Assembly (NCBI RefSeq): GCF_018977255.1
Contig: NW_024704743.1
Coordinates: 32,118,001-32,182,000 of the forward strand
Direction: 5' to 3'
DNA from: Callorhinchus milii
Lineage: Eukaryota
Length of the DNA: 64,000 nt
Part shown: positions 63,610-64,000 of the stretch, one piece after another
How positions within the stretch are numbered: the stretch's first letter is position 1
Layout: each line of letters begins with the position of its first letter
Notes under the pieces: model-generated
The model's input: only the letters and a program-made list of their open reading frames with translations
Told to the model about the DNA's origin: nothing
The model's database searches: none
Translations under genes and position numbers: made by a program

Positions 63610-63826
63610 GGGAAGAAATTCCACCTGAGTCTAGATTTACTCTATTTTTCTGAGCATTTAAGAGCATGTAGAAATTTAGTAAATTGTTGAATTCAGTCTT
63701 AAACTTTTGTGTAGTTATTTAAAGACCTTAGTAGAAACCAAATTCAAAATTAAGTCTATTTAAGAACTTATTTAAGAAATGCTAAGAAAATAAGAGTAAA
63801 TCTAGACTTGAGTGAAATTTCTACCT
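63610..63826. mobile_element. MITE-like element with about 50-bp terminal inverted repeats
   Basis: ggaagaaattccacctgagtctagatttactctatttttctgagcattt versus the reverse complement of aaatgctaagaaaataagagtaaatctagacttgagtgaaatttctacc. Confidence 0.75.
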
Positions 63827-64000
63827 CCTACAACCTCTTGTGTGGATTGTCACCACACAGAAAAGCAGATTAAATTATTCACTTTGGGAGATAACAAGTG
63901 TCATTCCGTTAAATTAGATTTTTTATTATTTAAAAAAACTGTCCAATTTTCTTTAACCCATAAGGGCTAACTGCTGTCAATGATACAATAATCCTATCTT

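Overview
This is eukaryotic (vertebrate) genomic DNA, not prokaryotic. The repeat content (L2 and CR1 LINE fragments, tRNA-derived and Deu-type SINEs, a Penelope-like end) suggests a cartilaginous fish, possibly a chimaera; that is inference. I reconstructed exons by hand from splice sites and reading phase. The window holds three genes in the conserved DEK-KDM1B-TPMT cluster: (1) DEK on + (10 coding exons, 600-14702, 389 aa); (2) KDM1B/LSD2 on - (20 coding exons, 50709-17490, 821 aa), tail-to-tail with DEK; (3) the first coding exon of TPMT on + (63393-63532), head-to-head with KDM1B across a CpG-rich bidirectional promoter near 55900-56130. Most ORF-track entries are spurious or are decayed LINE reverse-transcriptase pieces. 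I found no convincing new multi-gene system. The most unusual observations are: a ~1.35 kb minisatellite that starts exactly at the candidate TPMT exon-1 donor and repeats a donor-like motif; a 20-bp motif spaced exactly 70 bp apart in the promoter; a duplicated ~105-nt hairpin in two DEK introns; GC-AG introns in both DEK and KDM1B; facing poly(A) signals where the DEK and KDM1B 3' ends would meet; a solo LTR with a perfect target-site duplication; and degenerate hammerhead-like motifs.
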